Below are positions 10,968 through 20,663 of a stretch of 64,000 bases of DNA, one piece after another. How positions within the stretch are numbered: the stretch's first letter is position 1; each line of letters begins with the position of its first letter. This DNA comes from Sedimentisphaerales bacterium (lineage in GTDB: Bacteria > Planctomycetota > Phycisphaerae > Sedimentisphaerales > SM23-30): the NCBI GenBank assembly GCA_963666285.1, contig OY762711.1; one strand, 5' to 3'. A model generated the notes under the pieces. It worked only from the letters and a program-made list of their open reading frames with translations. It was not told where the DNA came from and made no database searches. Position numbers and translations under genes: made by a program.

Positions 10968-11627
10968 CTAAATAGGATTATTTCTAACAATTCTCAATAA
11001 TAGCTTGTAGATATCTTCACTTCTGTGATTAAACCGAAATTCACACTCTTTAAGGTGAAGAGCAAAAGCCTTACGTCTGATACCTCTGAATCTTGAAAGT
11101 CTGTCTTTAGCACCTATCCAAAAAGTCTCAACAGTATCTAACTGATTTGTTTTAAGATTACACCCAGTTAACCCCAGTCTATAAATTTTTTTCTGGCCAA
11201 AATCAACAATACTATTAAAAGAAACGATGCCGTCTTCTTTGAACCCAGTATCACCCAACCTATTATTAACAATCTTATTCAATTGCTTTCTTGTGCAGTT
11301 TTTAACTACCTGAGTATAAACATTATCGTCATGTTTAATTATCCCAAACACCATCAATACCTTTTTATCTTTTAGTAATCCACAATGACAGCACCCCGGA
11401 CAATATTTACATTTAATCCTGCTATTTTTAAGATTTACCGGCTTATGATCGTCACAATATCTAGCAATCCTTTCTCTCAACATTATTACAATACTATTTG
11501 CTGTCTTTCGAGAAACACCTGCTATTTTAGCAATTTTATTGACTTCTATGTCAATCGCAAAGAGTCGAATAATCTGTCTGATTTTTATTTCTGATATTTT
11601 AGCGCTCTTTTTATATTTATTTTTCAT
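10968..11627 (-). CDS. IS1595-family (IS1016-like) transposase derivative, catalytic region degenerate
   Basis: MKNKYKKSAKISE..RLFAID, VFGIIKH..VYTQVV, ETFW..AK.RL..FRGI, LHLKECEFRFNHR; the VDESYFG motif is replaced by a Cys cluster; no terminal inverted repeats found. Confidence 0.75.
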   Translation of the reverse strand: MKNKYKKSAKISEIKIRQIIRLFAIDIEVNKIAKIAGVSRKTANSIVIMLRERIARYCDDHKPVNLKNSRIKCKYCPGCCHCGLLKDKKVLMVFGIIKHDDNVYTQVVKNCTRKQLNKIVNNRLGDTGFKEDGIVSFNSIVDFGQKKIYRLGLTGCNLKTNQLDTVETFWIGAKDRLSRFRGIRRKAFALHLKECEFRFNHRSEDIYKLLLRIVRNNPI

Positions 11628-11844
11628 ACTACAAAACAATACTGCTCATCCAAGCATTAGCGTACTGTATAGTTTCCGATTTACCCTGAGCAAACTTGGA
11701 AAAATGAACTAAACATAACCAAGAACAGCCGCCAAGCATAATCTGTACAAGAAAATTCGATTTCAAATAAAAAACATTGTATAGCACCTGGGCAAAATTA
11801 CTTGCCAAGGCACTATACAAAAGAATATGAGAAGAAATGAAGGT

Positions 11845-13782
11845 TTATTTAAATTCGCTATAACTGTTATTATTGGAAAGTGCAAAATCATTATTGCAGT
11901 TAAAGGATTCTTCCGCAGCAATCCTGTGAAAAACGCTATCAGCATCGCTCAAAAAAGCTCCTCCCCCGTGCTTCACATTTTCAATATTTTTTCCACTAAT
12001 AACTGCACCCAGCTCCATAACAATCTGATTCATCTGAACAGCCTGAGCACTAAGCTCTTCTGACGCACTGGCAGACTCCTCTGCATTTGCAGAATTTTCC
12101 TGAGTTATCTTATCCATTTGACAAATTGCTTTACTAATATGCTCTATTCCCTCGGCCTGCTCATCACTGGCAGCAGAAATATTATTTACAAGACTTGCTG
12201 TTTTATTGATATTATCAACAATTTCATCTAATACACAAGACACCTGCCCGGCAATGTCCACACCATTTCTGGAATAATTGACAGCACCTTCAATCAACGA
12301 GGAAGTATTTTTGGCAGCTTCAGCTGAACGCATTGCCAAATTCCTAACTTCTTCGGCAACAACAGCAAATCCTTTACCAGCCTCACCGGCACGAGCAGCT
12401 TCAACAGCAGCATTCAAAGCCAGCAAATTGGTCTGGAAAGCAATTTCGTCAATTACTTTAATGATTTTAGCAGTTTCACCGCTGGCATTCTGAATATCCT
12501 GTATAGCAGAATTCATCTTTTTCATTTCAGCAATACCTTTATCTGCCGAGTGACTTGTCTTTTCAGCAAGTTCATTAGCAACTTTAGCATCAGCAGCACT
12601 CTGTTTTGTCATAGTCGACATTTCCTCTAAACTTGATGATGACTCTTCAAGCCCGGCAGCCTGCTCGGTAGCCCCCCTGGCAAGCGACTGAGAAGTTGAT
12701 GAAACCTGATTGGCAGCAGCTGTAACCTCACTCGATCCCAATGTCAGTGCAGATATTATCCGGTTGATAGGCTTTACAATTCCACTAGTCAATATATAAG
12801 CTATTACCAAACCAATTATCACAGCTATACCAGAAGAGGCAATAATCATAAAAGAAGCATTCTGCACAATGGCCTCCGACTCTTTTTCCAATTCCACGAT
12901 CATTCCACTCACTTTGTCTCTTACCGATTTAGCATCTTCCATAACATGCCCGGCTTTTTCTTTCTGTTTCAACTGTTCCTGACGCTGGGAAGCAATACAC
13001 TGACAGAACAGCTCAACATTTTCTTTATATGTATCTAATGCCGGCAAGGCCTTTCTGATTGCCTGCCTGGTTTTTTCTGAATGCATCATCGTTTCAGCCT
13101 GAACCAGCAGTTCTCGAGTGCTGTCAACTTTTTGTATCCATTCTTTAGCTAATATATCCTGCCGCTCGGCATCGCTGGTACAAAAACACTTATAAGCAGC
13201 CACATAAAACTCATGCACCGATTCAAGACATTTATGAGCAAAAAAAGTATTGTTAGCAACATCTTTATTAACCATTCCATCTTTTTCGGTTTCATGAGTA
13301 TAAGATTCTGCTACTTCAACAATTGTATTGACACTATCTCGAACAGTATTTGCCAGTTCCAATCTAAGTTTACCGGCACTCATCTTTTGATTTTCCAAAG
13401 TTACATAAGATTTAAATGACTTATCATATTCGCTGGCATTCTCTATCATATCACCTGCTTCATCTTGTATTTCAGAGGAAGTCTGTAAAGTTTGAATTTC
13501 CTTAGCAGTATCGAATATAATATTAGCCTGCTCATCCTGCATAGTTTCATACTTGCTGTCTTTATAAATAATATATCTTAAGCAATGAGCCTGAGTATCC
13601 TGAGCCGCTGTTAGAATTGTGTTAGCTTTATCAGCAACATCAATCTGCTTAACAATATTATCCATAGCCCCAATAGTTCTTTGCAGACTGGAGTAACCAA
13701 TAAAAGCCACCAGCGACATAATCACCAATATAAAAATAAAACCACCATACAGCTTAACACTTAGTTTAACATTCTTCAGCAT
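11845..13782 (-). CDS. Methyl-accepting chemotaxis protein (paralog B)
   Basis: Same architecture and signalling tip as 8083..10017. Confidence 0.95.
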   Translation of the reverse strand: MLKNVKLSVKLYGGFIFILVIMSLVAFIGYSSLQRTIGAMDNIVKQIDVADKANTILTAAQDTQAHCLRYIIYKDSKYETMQDEQANIIFDTAKEIQTLQTSSEIQDEAGDMIENASEYDKSFKSYVTLENQKMSAGKLRLELANTVRDSVNTIVEVAESYTHETEKDGMVNKDVANNTFFAHKCLESVHEFYVAAYKCFCTSDAERQDILAKEWIQKVDSTRELLVQAETMMHSEKTRQAIRKALPALDTYKENVELFCQCIASQRQEQLKQKEKAGHVMEDAKSVRDKVSGMIVELEKESEAIVQNASFMIIASSGIAVIIGLVIAYILTSGIVKPINRIISALTLGSSEVTAAANQVSSTSQSLARGATEQAAGLEESSSSLEEMSTMTKQSAADAKVANELAEKTSHSADKGIAEMKKMNSAIQDIQNASGETAKIIKVIDEIAFQTNLLALNAAVEAARAGEAGKGFAVVAEEVRNLAMRSAEAAKNTSSLIEGAVNYSRNGVDIAGQVSCVLDEIVDNINKTASLVNNISAASDEQAEGIEHISKAICQMDKITQENSANAEESASASEELSAQAVQMNQIVMELGAVISGKNIENVKHGGGAFLSDADSVFHRIAAEESFNCNNDFALSNNNSYSEFK

Positions 13783-13864
13783 CTTTCACTCCATAATTCA
13801 TTTTTTCGTTTATAGCCTAATTACATTACATTTAACAATTTAACATTCTGTATTCAAAATGAAT

Positions 13865-13892
13865 ATTCGACCTGAAAAATACGTAACATAAA
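13865..13892 (-). promoter_or_regulatory. Putative sigma28-like promoter of MCP B
   Basis: TTTATGTT-N12-GGTCGAAT. Confidence 0.5.
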
Positions 13893-14045
13893 TTTAAAAG
13901 TGTTACTCTAAACTACCAACACATTTGGGAATGAAAAAAATGGCATCATTTTTAGAAGCTGTCTTAAAAATACAGCTAAGAATCAGCAAACACGAAAACC
14001 AACCATGGGAACTACCCCAAAAGAAAATACATCTAATCACGCACG

Positions 14046-14621
14046 CCTCCTGCATAGCAGGAGGTCTGAGGAAGGCCCCTAAAAGGGGCCGTTGGGTTCA
14101 CTTACTTCAAATTATCTTCATTACGGTCTTTTATTAGTTGATTCTTGACATAATTCCTTATTACTTCAATGTCAAGTCCAACTGTACTTACATTATAACC
14201 TCGAGACCAAAAGCTCCTTCCAAACAAGTTACCTTGATGGCGATCAAGTAGCCTGTTTATGCGGATAGCACTTTTGCCCTTCAAAAAACCTATCGCCATT
14301 GCAATACTATACTTAGGCGGAACACTTAAAACCATATGAACATGATCCTTAGCTAAGTTTCCCTCTATTAGTACAATATCCTTTTGACGACATAATTCTC
14401 GCAATATCTCTCTAATCTGAGTGCGATTCCTTTTAAACCTTTCTATCCTACGATATTTTGGTACCATTACTATATGATACTTACAGTCCCATTTGACATG
14501 GGATTGACTTCGCCAGTCTTTCATTTTGGTTCTCCTTTCGCCCCTTCCAGGGCCTTCCGGAGAACCATTTTATACGCTTACTACGGCAAAGCCTTATAAA
14601 TTCTCACCGGCAAAGCCGGTG
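14046..14621 (-). mobile_element. IS200-type insertion sequence (tnpA only); exact ends uncertain
   Basis: Y1 transposase flanked by hairpins CCTCCTGC-ATA-GCAGGAGG (14046-14064), GGCCCCT-AAA-AGGGGCC (14074-14090) and CACCGGC-AAA-GCCGGTG (14605-14621). Confidence 0.85.
14102..14524 (-). CDS. tnpA: IS200/IS605-family transposase
   Basis: YHIVMVPKYR, HUH motif DHVHM, FWSRGY, catalytic YVKNQ. Confidence 0.95.
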   Translation of the reverse strand: MKDWRSQSHVKWDCKYHIVMVPKYRRIERFKRNRTQIREILRELCRQKDIVLIEGNLAKDHVHMVLSVPPKYSIAMAIGFLKGKSAIRINRLLDRHQGNLFGRSFWSRGYNVSTVGLDIEVIRNYVKNQLIKDRNEDNLK

Positions 14622-15026
14622 GTTTACGCGGTTACAATTAACAAAATAATGTCAAAAGAAACTCAAAACCATTTGAATTATTAAGATATTTAATGTTTAA
14701 TTCTAAAAAAGTTGATATATTTTCACCCGCTCTACAAGCTAACAAAAATACTTTTTTGGTGTCAACAATAATATAAATAGCTGCACCCACAATTTAACCA
14801 GAATCAAATTCAGCTATTGTACAATAGAAACAATGTTTTCATATTATTAACGTCAACAATATGCATTATTTTTTAATACGTATTACTTATTGACTTAAAA
14901 TAAGTTACGCACCTTTTTCATGCTTTTGCTTCCCATGACCCTCAAAAAACACACTTCCAAAAATAATATACTAATTATTTTCTAAAAAAATAACAAGGAT
15001 CTGCAAATTCGATAATAAAATTTCTG

Positions 15027-16313
15027 TTATTTACTTTGAGATTGCGGTATCTCCGTCAAAGATCTGACTTCATCAGCAATGATCTCTATGGCTTTAGCAA
15101 CGGCTGTGTCATCCTGGGAATAGGTCATGCGTATACACTGGTCCTTATGGTCCCAGTCCTGATCCATGCCTGGGAAGAAATAATGGCCGGGAACGACAAG
15201 AACGCCTCGCTGTTTAAGCCGCTGATAAAGCAGTTCGCAGGAAATGGGCAGACCTTTGAACCAAAGCCACAAGAAAAGGGCACCTTCAGGCTTGTGTATA
15301 TAGTAGTCTATGCCGGTAAAGTTCTCGTGAATAAGCTGGACCGCTCTCTGACATTTTTCAAGGTAGTACGGCCTGATTATGTTCTTACTGATATCGAGAA
15401 CCTCACCGGAACTGACCAGCGACCTGGCAACAGCCGCTCCCATAGCGTTAGGTGCCAGTGACAGAACAGCATTAAACTCAGATACCGCCTGGATAACTTC
15501 CTTATCAGCAATTACTATACCGGTACGAGTACCGGGCAGGCCGAACTTGGAAAGACTCATGCTAACAATAACATTTTTAGCCCAGAACGGCTGAGCTTCA
15601 GTGAAAATAATATTCGGGAAAGGAGTTCCGTAGGCATTGTCAAGTATTAGCGGTATGTCGTGCTGCTGGGCAAGAGCGATCAGGCGACTGACCTCTTGGT
15701 CGGTAAGCACGTTACCAGTAGGATTGGTAGGCCGCGAGATACATATAGCACCAATATCATCAGTAACCTTGAGCCGGTCAAAATTAACATGATACTTAAA
15801 AATGCGGTCCGGCATCATCTCAACATCTGGCATAAAGCTGCGGAAGATATTGCCGCCGATACCAATATCAGCATAACCGATATATTCCGGGGCAAGCGGC
15901 AACAAAACTTTTTTCTGAGAGCCATCAGCAGCAACCCCGGCAAACATATTGAATAAGACGAAAAAAGCAGACTGACTGCCTGCGGTAAGAGCGACATTCT
16001 CCGGTGCAATATTCCAGCCGTATTCTTTGTTCATAAGCGAACAAAGGGCCTCGATAAAGGCGATATTACCCTGCGGAGAATCGTAAACACCGAGAGCACG
16101 CTCAAAACTGTCGCCATGAGCCATAAGCTCATTCATTGATCTGCGGAAAATCTTTTGAAGGTCCGGTATCAATGCCGGGTTACCGCCGCCAAGCATGAGA
16201 ATATCTCTGTTAACATTCATAGCATGGCCGAGATCGTCCATTAAAAGACTGATACCGGACTTGCTTTTCAACTTTTCGCCAAATAGAGTCAGTTTCATTA
16301 TATCCACCGTCAT
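15027..16313 (-). CDS. avtA: Valine--pyruvate aminotransferase
   Basis: LMDDLG, MLGGGNPA, SRPTNPTGNV, DNAYG, SLSKFGLPGTRTG, PEGALFLWLWF. Confidence 0.9.
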   Translation of the reverse strand: MTVDIMKLTLFGEKLKSKSGISLLMDDLGHAMNVNRDILMLGGGNPALIPDLQKIFRRSMNELMAHGDSFERALGVYDSPQGNIAFIEALCSLMNKEYGWNIAPENVALTAGSQSAFFVLFNMFAGVAADGSQKKVLLPLAPEYIGYADIGIGGNIFRSFMPDVEMMPDRIFKYHVNFDRLKVTDDIGAICISRPTNPTGNVLTDQEVSRLIALAQQHDIPLILDNAYGTPFPNIIFTEAQPFWAKNVIVSMSLSKFGLPGTRTGIVIADKEVIQAVSEFNAVLSLAPNAMGAAVARSLVSSGEVLDISKNIIRPYYLEKCQRAVQLIHENFTGIDYYIHKPEGALFLWLWFKGLPISCELLYQRLKQRGVLVVPGHYFFPGMDQDWDHKDQCIRMTYSQDDTAVAKAIEIIADEVRSLTEIPQSQSK

Positions 16314-16500
16314 TATGTTACTATTAAAATGAAGACCTATATAGTATTACTTTAAATAACCAAAATCCATGAAAAAATCGCCAAATTCAGCAATACAAAC
16401 CGCCAGTCTTAAACATCATATTTGCCTTTTTCTAAATTTAGCAATAATATCTAAGTAAAGATCAAAATTATACAAAACAAGCTTAATAAAGGAATATAAT

Positions 16501-16965
16501 ATGTCAAAGCTAAAACCAGGCGATAAGGCACCCAACTTCAAACTACTGGACCAGGATGAAAACACAGTATCATTGAGCGATTTCAAAGGCTATAAAATAT
16601 TGATATATTTTTATCCTAAAGCCAATACTCCAGGCTGCACCAAGCAATCATGCCAGGTAAGCGAGTCACTGGGAAAATTGGAAGCTGCCGGAATAAAAGC
16701 TGTTGGAATCAGCCCGGATACTCCTGACAAGCAGGCAAACTTTGACCAGAAATATGATCTTGGTTTTCCTCTGCTTTGCGATACCAAACTCGAAGTCGCA
16801 AACGCATATGGCGTTTACGGCGAAAAAGAATCATTCGGCCAGAAGAAAATGGGAATAATTCGCAGCTCTTTCCTGATCGACGAAAAAGGCAAAATAATCG
16901 AAACCTGGTATAAGGTAAGCCCACTGGATACGGTGCCGCTGGCATTGGAAAAAGCCAAAGGCTAA
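16501..16965 (+). CDS. bcp: Thioredoxin-dependent peroxiredoxin BCP
   Basis: YFYPKANTPGCTKQSC, GIIRSSFLIDE. Confidence 0.92.
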   Translation: MSKLKPGDKAPNFKLLDQDENTVSLSDFKGYKILIYFYPKANTPGCTKQSCQVSESLGKLEAAGIKAVGISPDTPDKQANFDQKYDLGFPLLCDTKLEVANAYGVYGEKESFGQKKMGIIRSSFLIDEKGKIIETWYKVSPLDTVPLALEKAKG

Positions 16966-17723
16966 TCGGCTTTCCGGCATTTACCGGCGATAAACACCCT
17001 GTCGTCTATGAGTTCACAAATAAGTTCACCCCCACGAGGAGAGAGCTGATGTGCTAAAAGTTTATTTTTACCCATAATCTCAGCCCAATAAGGTGCCAAC
17101 TGGCAATGGGCAGAGCCGGTAACGTGGTCCTCATCGATCCCAATATTAGGGGCAAAAAACCGGCTGACAAAATCGGCTTCATCGCCAGGTGCGGTAATAA
17201 TAAGTCCCCTGCGGTCCAGCTGACGTATGCGGTCAAAATCCGGGACAAAAGCCAGTACCTGCTGCTGAGTGCCGAGAACGGCCATAATATCAACACCGGC
17301 AATTACCTCGACTGGGTCTGTTTTGATTGCGTCAAGCAAAAGCCTGCTTGCCTTAGTCGGTTTACCGGGGCGAGCGGGAAAATCCAAAATTAGATAATCG
17401 TCATCCAATGCGATGGTAAGATCGCCGGCACCGCTTTTGAGCTTTACCTGCCCATTCTGAATGCCAAGGATATTGAACAAGACGAAACCAGCAGCAAGAG
17501 TGGCGTGGCCGCAAAGGTCAACCTCACAAACGGGGGTATACCACCTAATCTGCCAGCATTCGCCCTGCGGCACCAGCATCGACGTTTCAGGCATGCCGTT
17601 GTCTCGGGCAATCTCCTGTAATTCGTCGTCTGGAAGCCACTGATCCAGGACGCAGACACCGGCCGGGTTACCGGAAAACCTGTCGTTTACAAAGGCATCG
17701 ATAATATATGACTTTTTGTTCAT
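16962..17723 (-). CDS. PhzF-family epimerase/isomerase
   Basis: DAF..GNPAGV, ET, EVDLCGHATLA, SRFFAP..EDHVTGSAHC. Confidence 0.92.
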   Translation of the reverse strand: MNKKSYIIDAFVNDRFSGNPAGVCVLDQWLPDDELQEIARDNGMPETSMLVPQGECWQIRWYTPVCEVDLCGHATLAAGFVLFNILGIQNGQVKLKSGAGDLTIALDDDYLILDFPARPGKPTKASRLLLDAIKTDPVEVIAGVDIMAVLGTQQQVLAFVPDFDRIRQLDRRGLIITAPGDEADFVSRFFAPNIGIDEDHVTGSAHCQLAPYWAEIMGKNKLLAHQLSPRGGELICELIDDRVFIAGKCRKAD

Positions 17724-17838
17724 TACTTTATCTCCAAAGAAATCTAAACTGTAAGCAATTATAGCGATAATAAGGGCGTATTAAAAGATACAGTCAAAAG
17801 AGATTTATACCATAACAAACTCCCGACAATACTCAAAC

Positions 17839-17868
17839 AAAAAAGGCCGTCCCAGATGGAACGGCCTT
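17839..17868 (-). terminator. Intrinsic terminator closing the nuclease locus
   Basis: AAGGCCGUUCCA-UC-UGGGACGGCCUUUUUU on minus strand. Confidence 0.8.
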
Positions 17869-17920
17869 CGATATGAGAGCTGCACAAACATGCAACTTAT
17901 TTTTATGAGTGGTTAATCAA

Positions 17921-20635
17921 TTATTCGATGGTTTCGCATAAAGATGAATCACTCCAGTCGCAATCAAGCCATTCAGAAAGTATAACTGCAAGATCAGCAA
18001 CGTCTACGATACAGTAACTATCGTTAGACCTTACAATATCATTGTCCGGATTAGCTAAACAGACTTCCGGGAGAGTCTCAATAGAACTAACCAAGGTACC
18101 ATAAGCAATAGGGCTAGTCTGGAACATTACTTTTCCTGACAGGTCATTACCAAACTCGTCTTCATGGTAAGGTACGCTAACAATTATTTCATCAATGTAC
18201 CCACAAACAAGATCTGGAGTATAATTATTAACAGTATAGGCTACTATTTTTAATCCATCACGAGCCGGGTCACCCACATCAAAGGTAAACAAAGCGGTAC
18301 TATATTTCCACTCTGTATCTGAATATATAGGAAGCCAATCAACTTTATCGCCAGCATAACCACCATCTGTTTGATGGAAATATCCAAGACGCAAAGAAGG
18401 AACTTCATCTGCAAAATCATCCTTCCATTTCACAGCAACATAAACCTGATCACCATCTTGAAGACTATCAACCTGAGCTAACATTATCTGTGCTGTATCC
18501 CAAGTACTGCTAGTAACTTTTAACAGCTTATTAGATGTGTCTTCAGGGTCAACGATATTTTCGACAACAGGAATCTGGTTTGGTTCATCCCAGGAAGAAT
18601 GCGGATATGTTTCCATTGCAGTTTTGCCGTCATCCCAGCCGTACTTATAAAATTTATAGAACATACTATTGGCATTTGGATCAGGAACTCCATAGCCATC
18701 TTCCATCCAGCTGTCAGCAACAACTGTAAAGTCTGCCATATCAACGGTACAATCACCTGTCAGATCGTTTTCGAGATAGCAAATAGGATCATTAGGTTCT
18801 TGAGGGAATGTAATAGTAGCACCCTCAGGCACCCAAAGTTCAAGGTCATCGACCCAACCATAGTCACCTTCGTTAGAGTACAACTTTGCATCAACAACAA
18901 GCGTATCCCTATCGTTTGCATCACCATCATCAAAAGTCCATTCGTGCCCTAACATAGTCCAGTCATCATCACACAATGTTAAATTGCCTTCAGCAGAAGC
19001 AACATTACTTCCATCTACTTCATAATGTCCCCAAAGTCTAACTCCTAGTCCTTCACTTTCACCTTTCTTGGCCATAATTCTGGCACGAACAATATCTCCG
19101 TCAGACAAACCAGAAATTTTTGCAAGATAAGCTTGTGAATTGTCATCACTCTTCAAAGTTGCCTTTAGTGAACTAAAACCAGAATTAAAATCATTTTTAT
19201 CATTTCTGGTTTCAATATTAGAACCTCTACCTACATCAATACCATTATTCTCCCAGCCATAAGAGGCATCCGGGTCAGTCCATTCCGTAAAATCAATAAC
19301 CGGCACATTCGGCTCAACACTAACACCGGTTCCAGGGAAAGTAATCGTTGCATACCCTGGGGCTGTAATATTTAGATCATCGGCATAGGAATATTCATCA
19401 GTTGCCCCATAACAGCGTATCTGCACATCTAAAGTTGTGCCTGAGGTCGTCCAGGTGAAACTTTGAGTACCCCAGCTGGCTGAGGTATAACCCTGACTTG
19501 GCCCACCCACGTCAGAATAGCCAGAAGCCCATAATCTAGTACCATAAGTAGTATTAGTTCCATGATATTGGAGCCTGACTGCGGCAGAAACCTGATCCCC
19601 TGGATTAAGGCCGGTCACACTGGCAGCTTTAATGTAAGCAGTACTACCAGAAGTTTTGGTCAACTTCACTGCTGACGATCCACTTGTTTTTTCTTCAGAG
19701 GTAAACTCAGATGTCACATTGCTATCAAATAAAGAAGGAGAAGCTCCGTCTTCCCAGCCATATGCCATTGCATTAAAGTCAGGGGCACTTCCTAGAGAAT
19801 AATAAACAGTAACAACACCGCCCATAACCAATTCTTCACCCGAAGCCGGATCCTGGCTCACAAAACCACCAACCGGAACATCATCACTATAAGCATCTGC
19901 TATAACTGCTGTCAAACCAGCTGACTCAATTGCAGACTGGGCAGCAGTCGAACTCATTCCAGCAACATCGGGAACAATAACCATTGTGGAATTTGGAGTT
20001 ACTTCTGAAAATGTTGTGGCAACAATCAAATTATCAATTGAAAGATCTCCAGTATAAGTTCTTTGCCTGATTGAAACACCGTCAATAGGATCAACTACAT
20101 AAGTATAGGTTGCAGAAATTGTATCACCGGTATCAACCACCGTAAGCGAAGAAATTTTATTAGCAAAATCAACACCAACTACAACACGGTACGTTGTATT
20201 GAAATCATACGTCTGGCTAGTAAAAGAAGCGTATGCCAAACTAGATGAATTATAATTTATCGCAAACTGGAACCCGGTATCTTTTGCAACAACATACAGG
20301 CGGCTTCTATAATAAGTACCGGAGCTTGGTTTATAATGGAAGAAGTATTCACCGGTATTGGCAGCTGAAACATTAATATCAAAACCAGCATAAATTTCAC
20401 CAGATGTCTGCTCGGTAAATGTTGCATAAACATCTTCAGTGTTACCATCAACAACAAATATTTTACCACCATCAACCTGCAGTTCTCCTACTGTAGTATC
20501 GACACTAGTGGAATTCCAAGCAGCATTATCAACCAAGCTGCCGTCAGGATAATTAAAATTATCATCAAGCAAAACATCAGCATTAACTGCAACACAAATT
20601 AACAGTACAAAAAATGCAAATAGTTTTTTCATCAT
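17921..20635 (-). CDS. Secreted multidomain protein: beta-sandwich, PASTA, three YGW(E/D) beta-sandwich repeats, two dockerin-like motifs
   Basis: Signal peptide; VPDVAGMS..SDDVPVG..SQDP (PASTA); YGWEDG/YGWENN/YGWDDG repeats; DLTGDCTVD..W and CIVDVADL..EWLDC. Confidence 0.7.
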   Translation of the reverse strand: MMKKLFAFFVLLICVAVNADVLLDDNFNYPDGSLVDNAAWNSTSVDTTVGELQVDGGKIFVVDGNTEDVYATFTEQTSGEIYAGFDINVSAANTGEYFFHYKPSSGTYYRSRLYVVAKDTGFQFAINYNSSSLAYASFTSQTYDFNTTYRVVVGVDFANKISSLTVVDTGDTISATYTYVVDPIDGVSIRQRTYTGDLSIDNLIVATTFSEVTPNSTMVIVPDVAGMSSTAAQSAIESAGLTAVIADAYSDDVPVGGFVSQDPASGEELVMGGVVTVYYSLGSAPDFNAMAYGWEDGASPSLFDSNVTSEFTSEEKTSGSSAVKLTKTSGSTAYIKAASVTGLNPGDQVSAAVRLQYHGTNTTYGTRLWASGYSDVGGPSQGYTSASWGTQSFTWTTSGTTLDVQIRCYGATDEYSYADDLNITAPGYATITFPGTGVSVEPNVPVIDFTEWTDPDASYGWENNGIDVGRGSNIETRNDKNDFNSGFSSLKATLKSDDNSQAYLAKISGLSDGDIVRARIMAKKGESEGLGVRLWGHYEVDGSNVASAEGNLTLCDDDWTMLGHEWTFDDGDANDRDTLVVDAKLYSNEGDYGWVDDLELWVPEGATITFPQEPNDPICYLENDLTGDCTVDMADFTVVADSWMEDGYGVPDPNANSMFYKFYKYGWDDGKTAMETYPHSSWDEPNQIPVVENIVDPEDTSNKLLKVTSSTWDTAQIMLAQVDSLQDGDQVYVAVKWKDDFADEVPSLRLGYFHQTDGGYAGDKVDWLPIYSDTEWKYSTALFTFDVGDPARDGLKIVAYTVNNYTPDLVCGYIDEIIVSVPYHEDEFGNDLSGKVMFQTSPIAYGTLVSSIETLPEVCLANPDNDIVRSNDSYCIVDVADLAVILSEWLDCDWSDSSLCETIE

Positions 20636-20663
20636 TACATTCTCCTAAGAATTAAGTGATAAA

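Noticed and set aside
10955..11730. AACCAAGA near both sides of the IS1595-like gene as possible terminal repeats
   Set aside because: Copies are in direct, not inverted, orientation and only 8 nt in AT-rich DNA.
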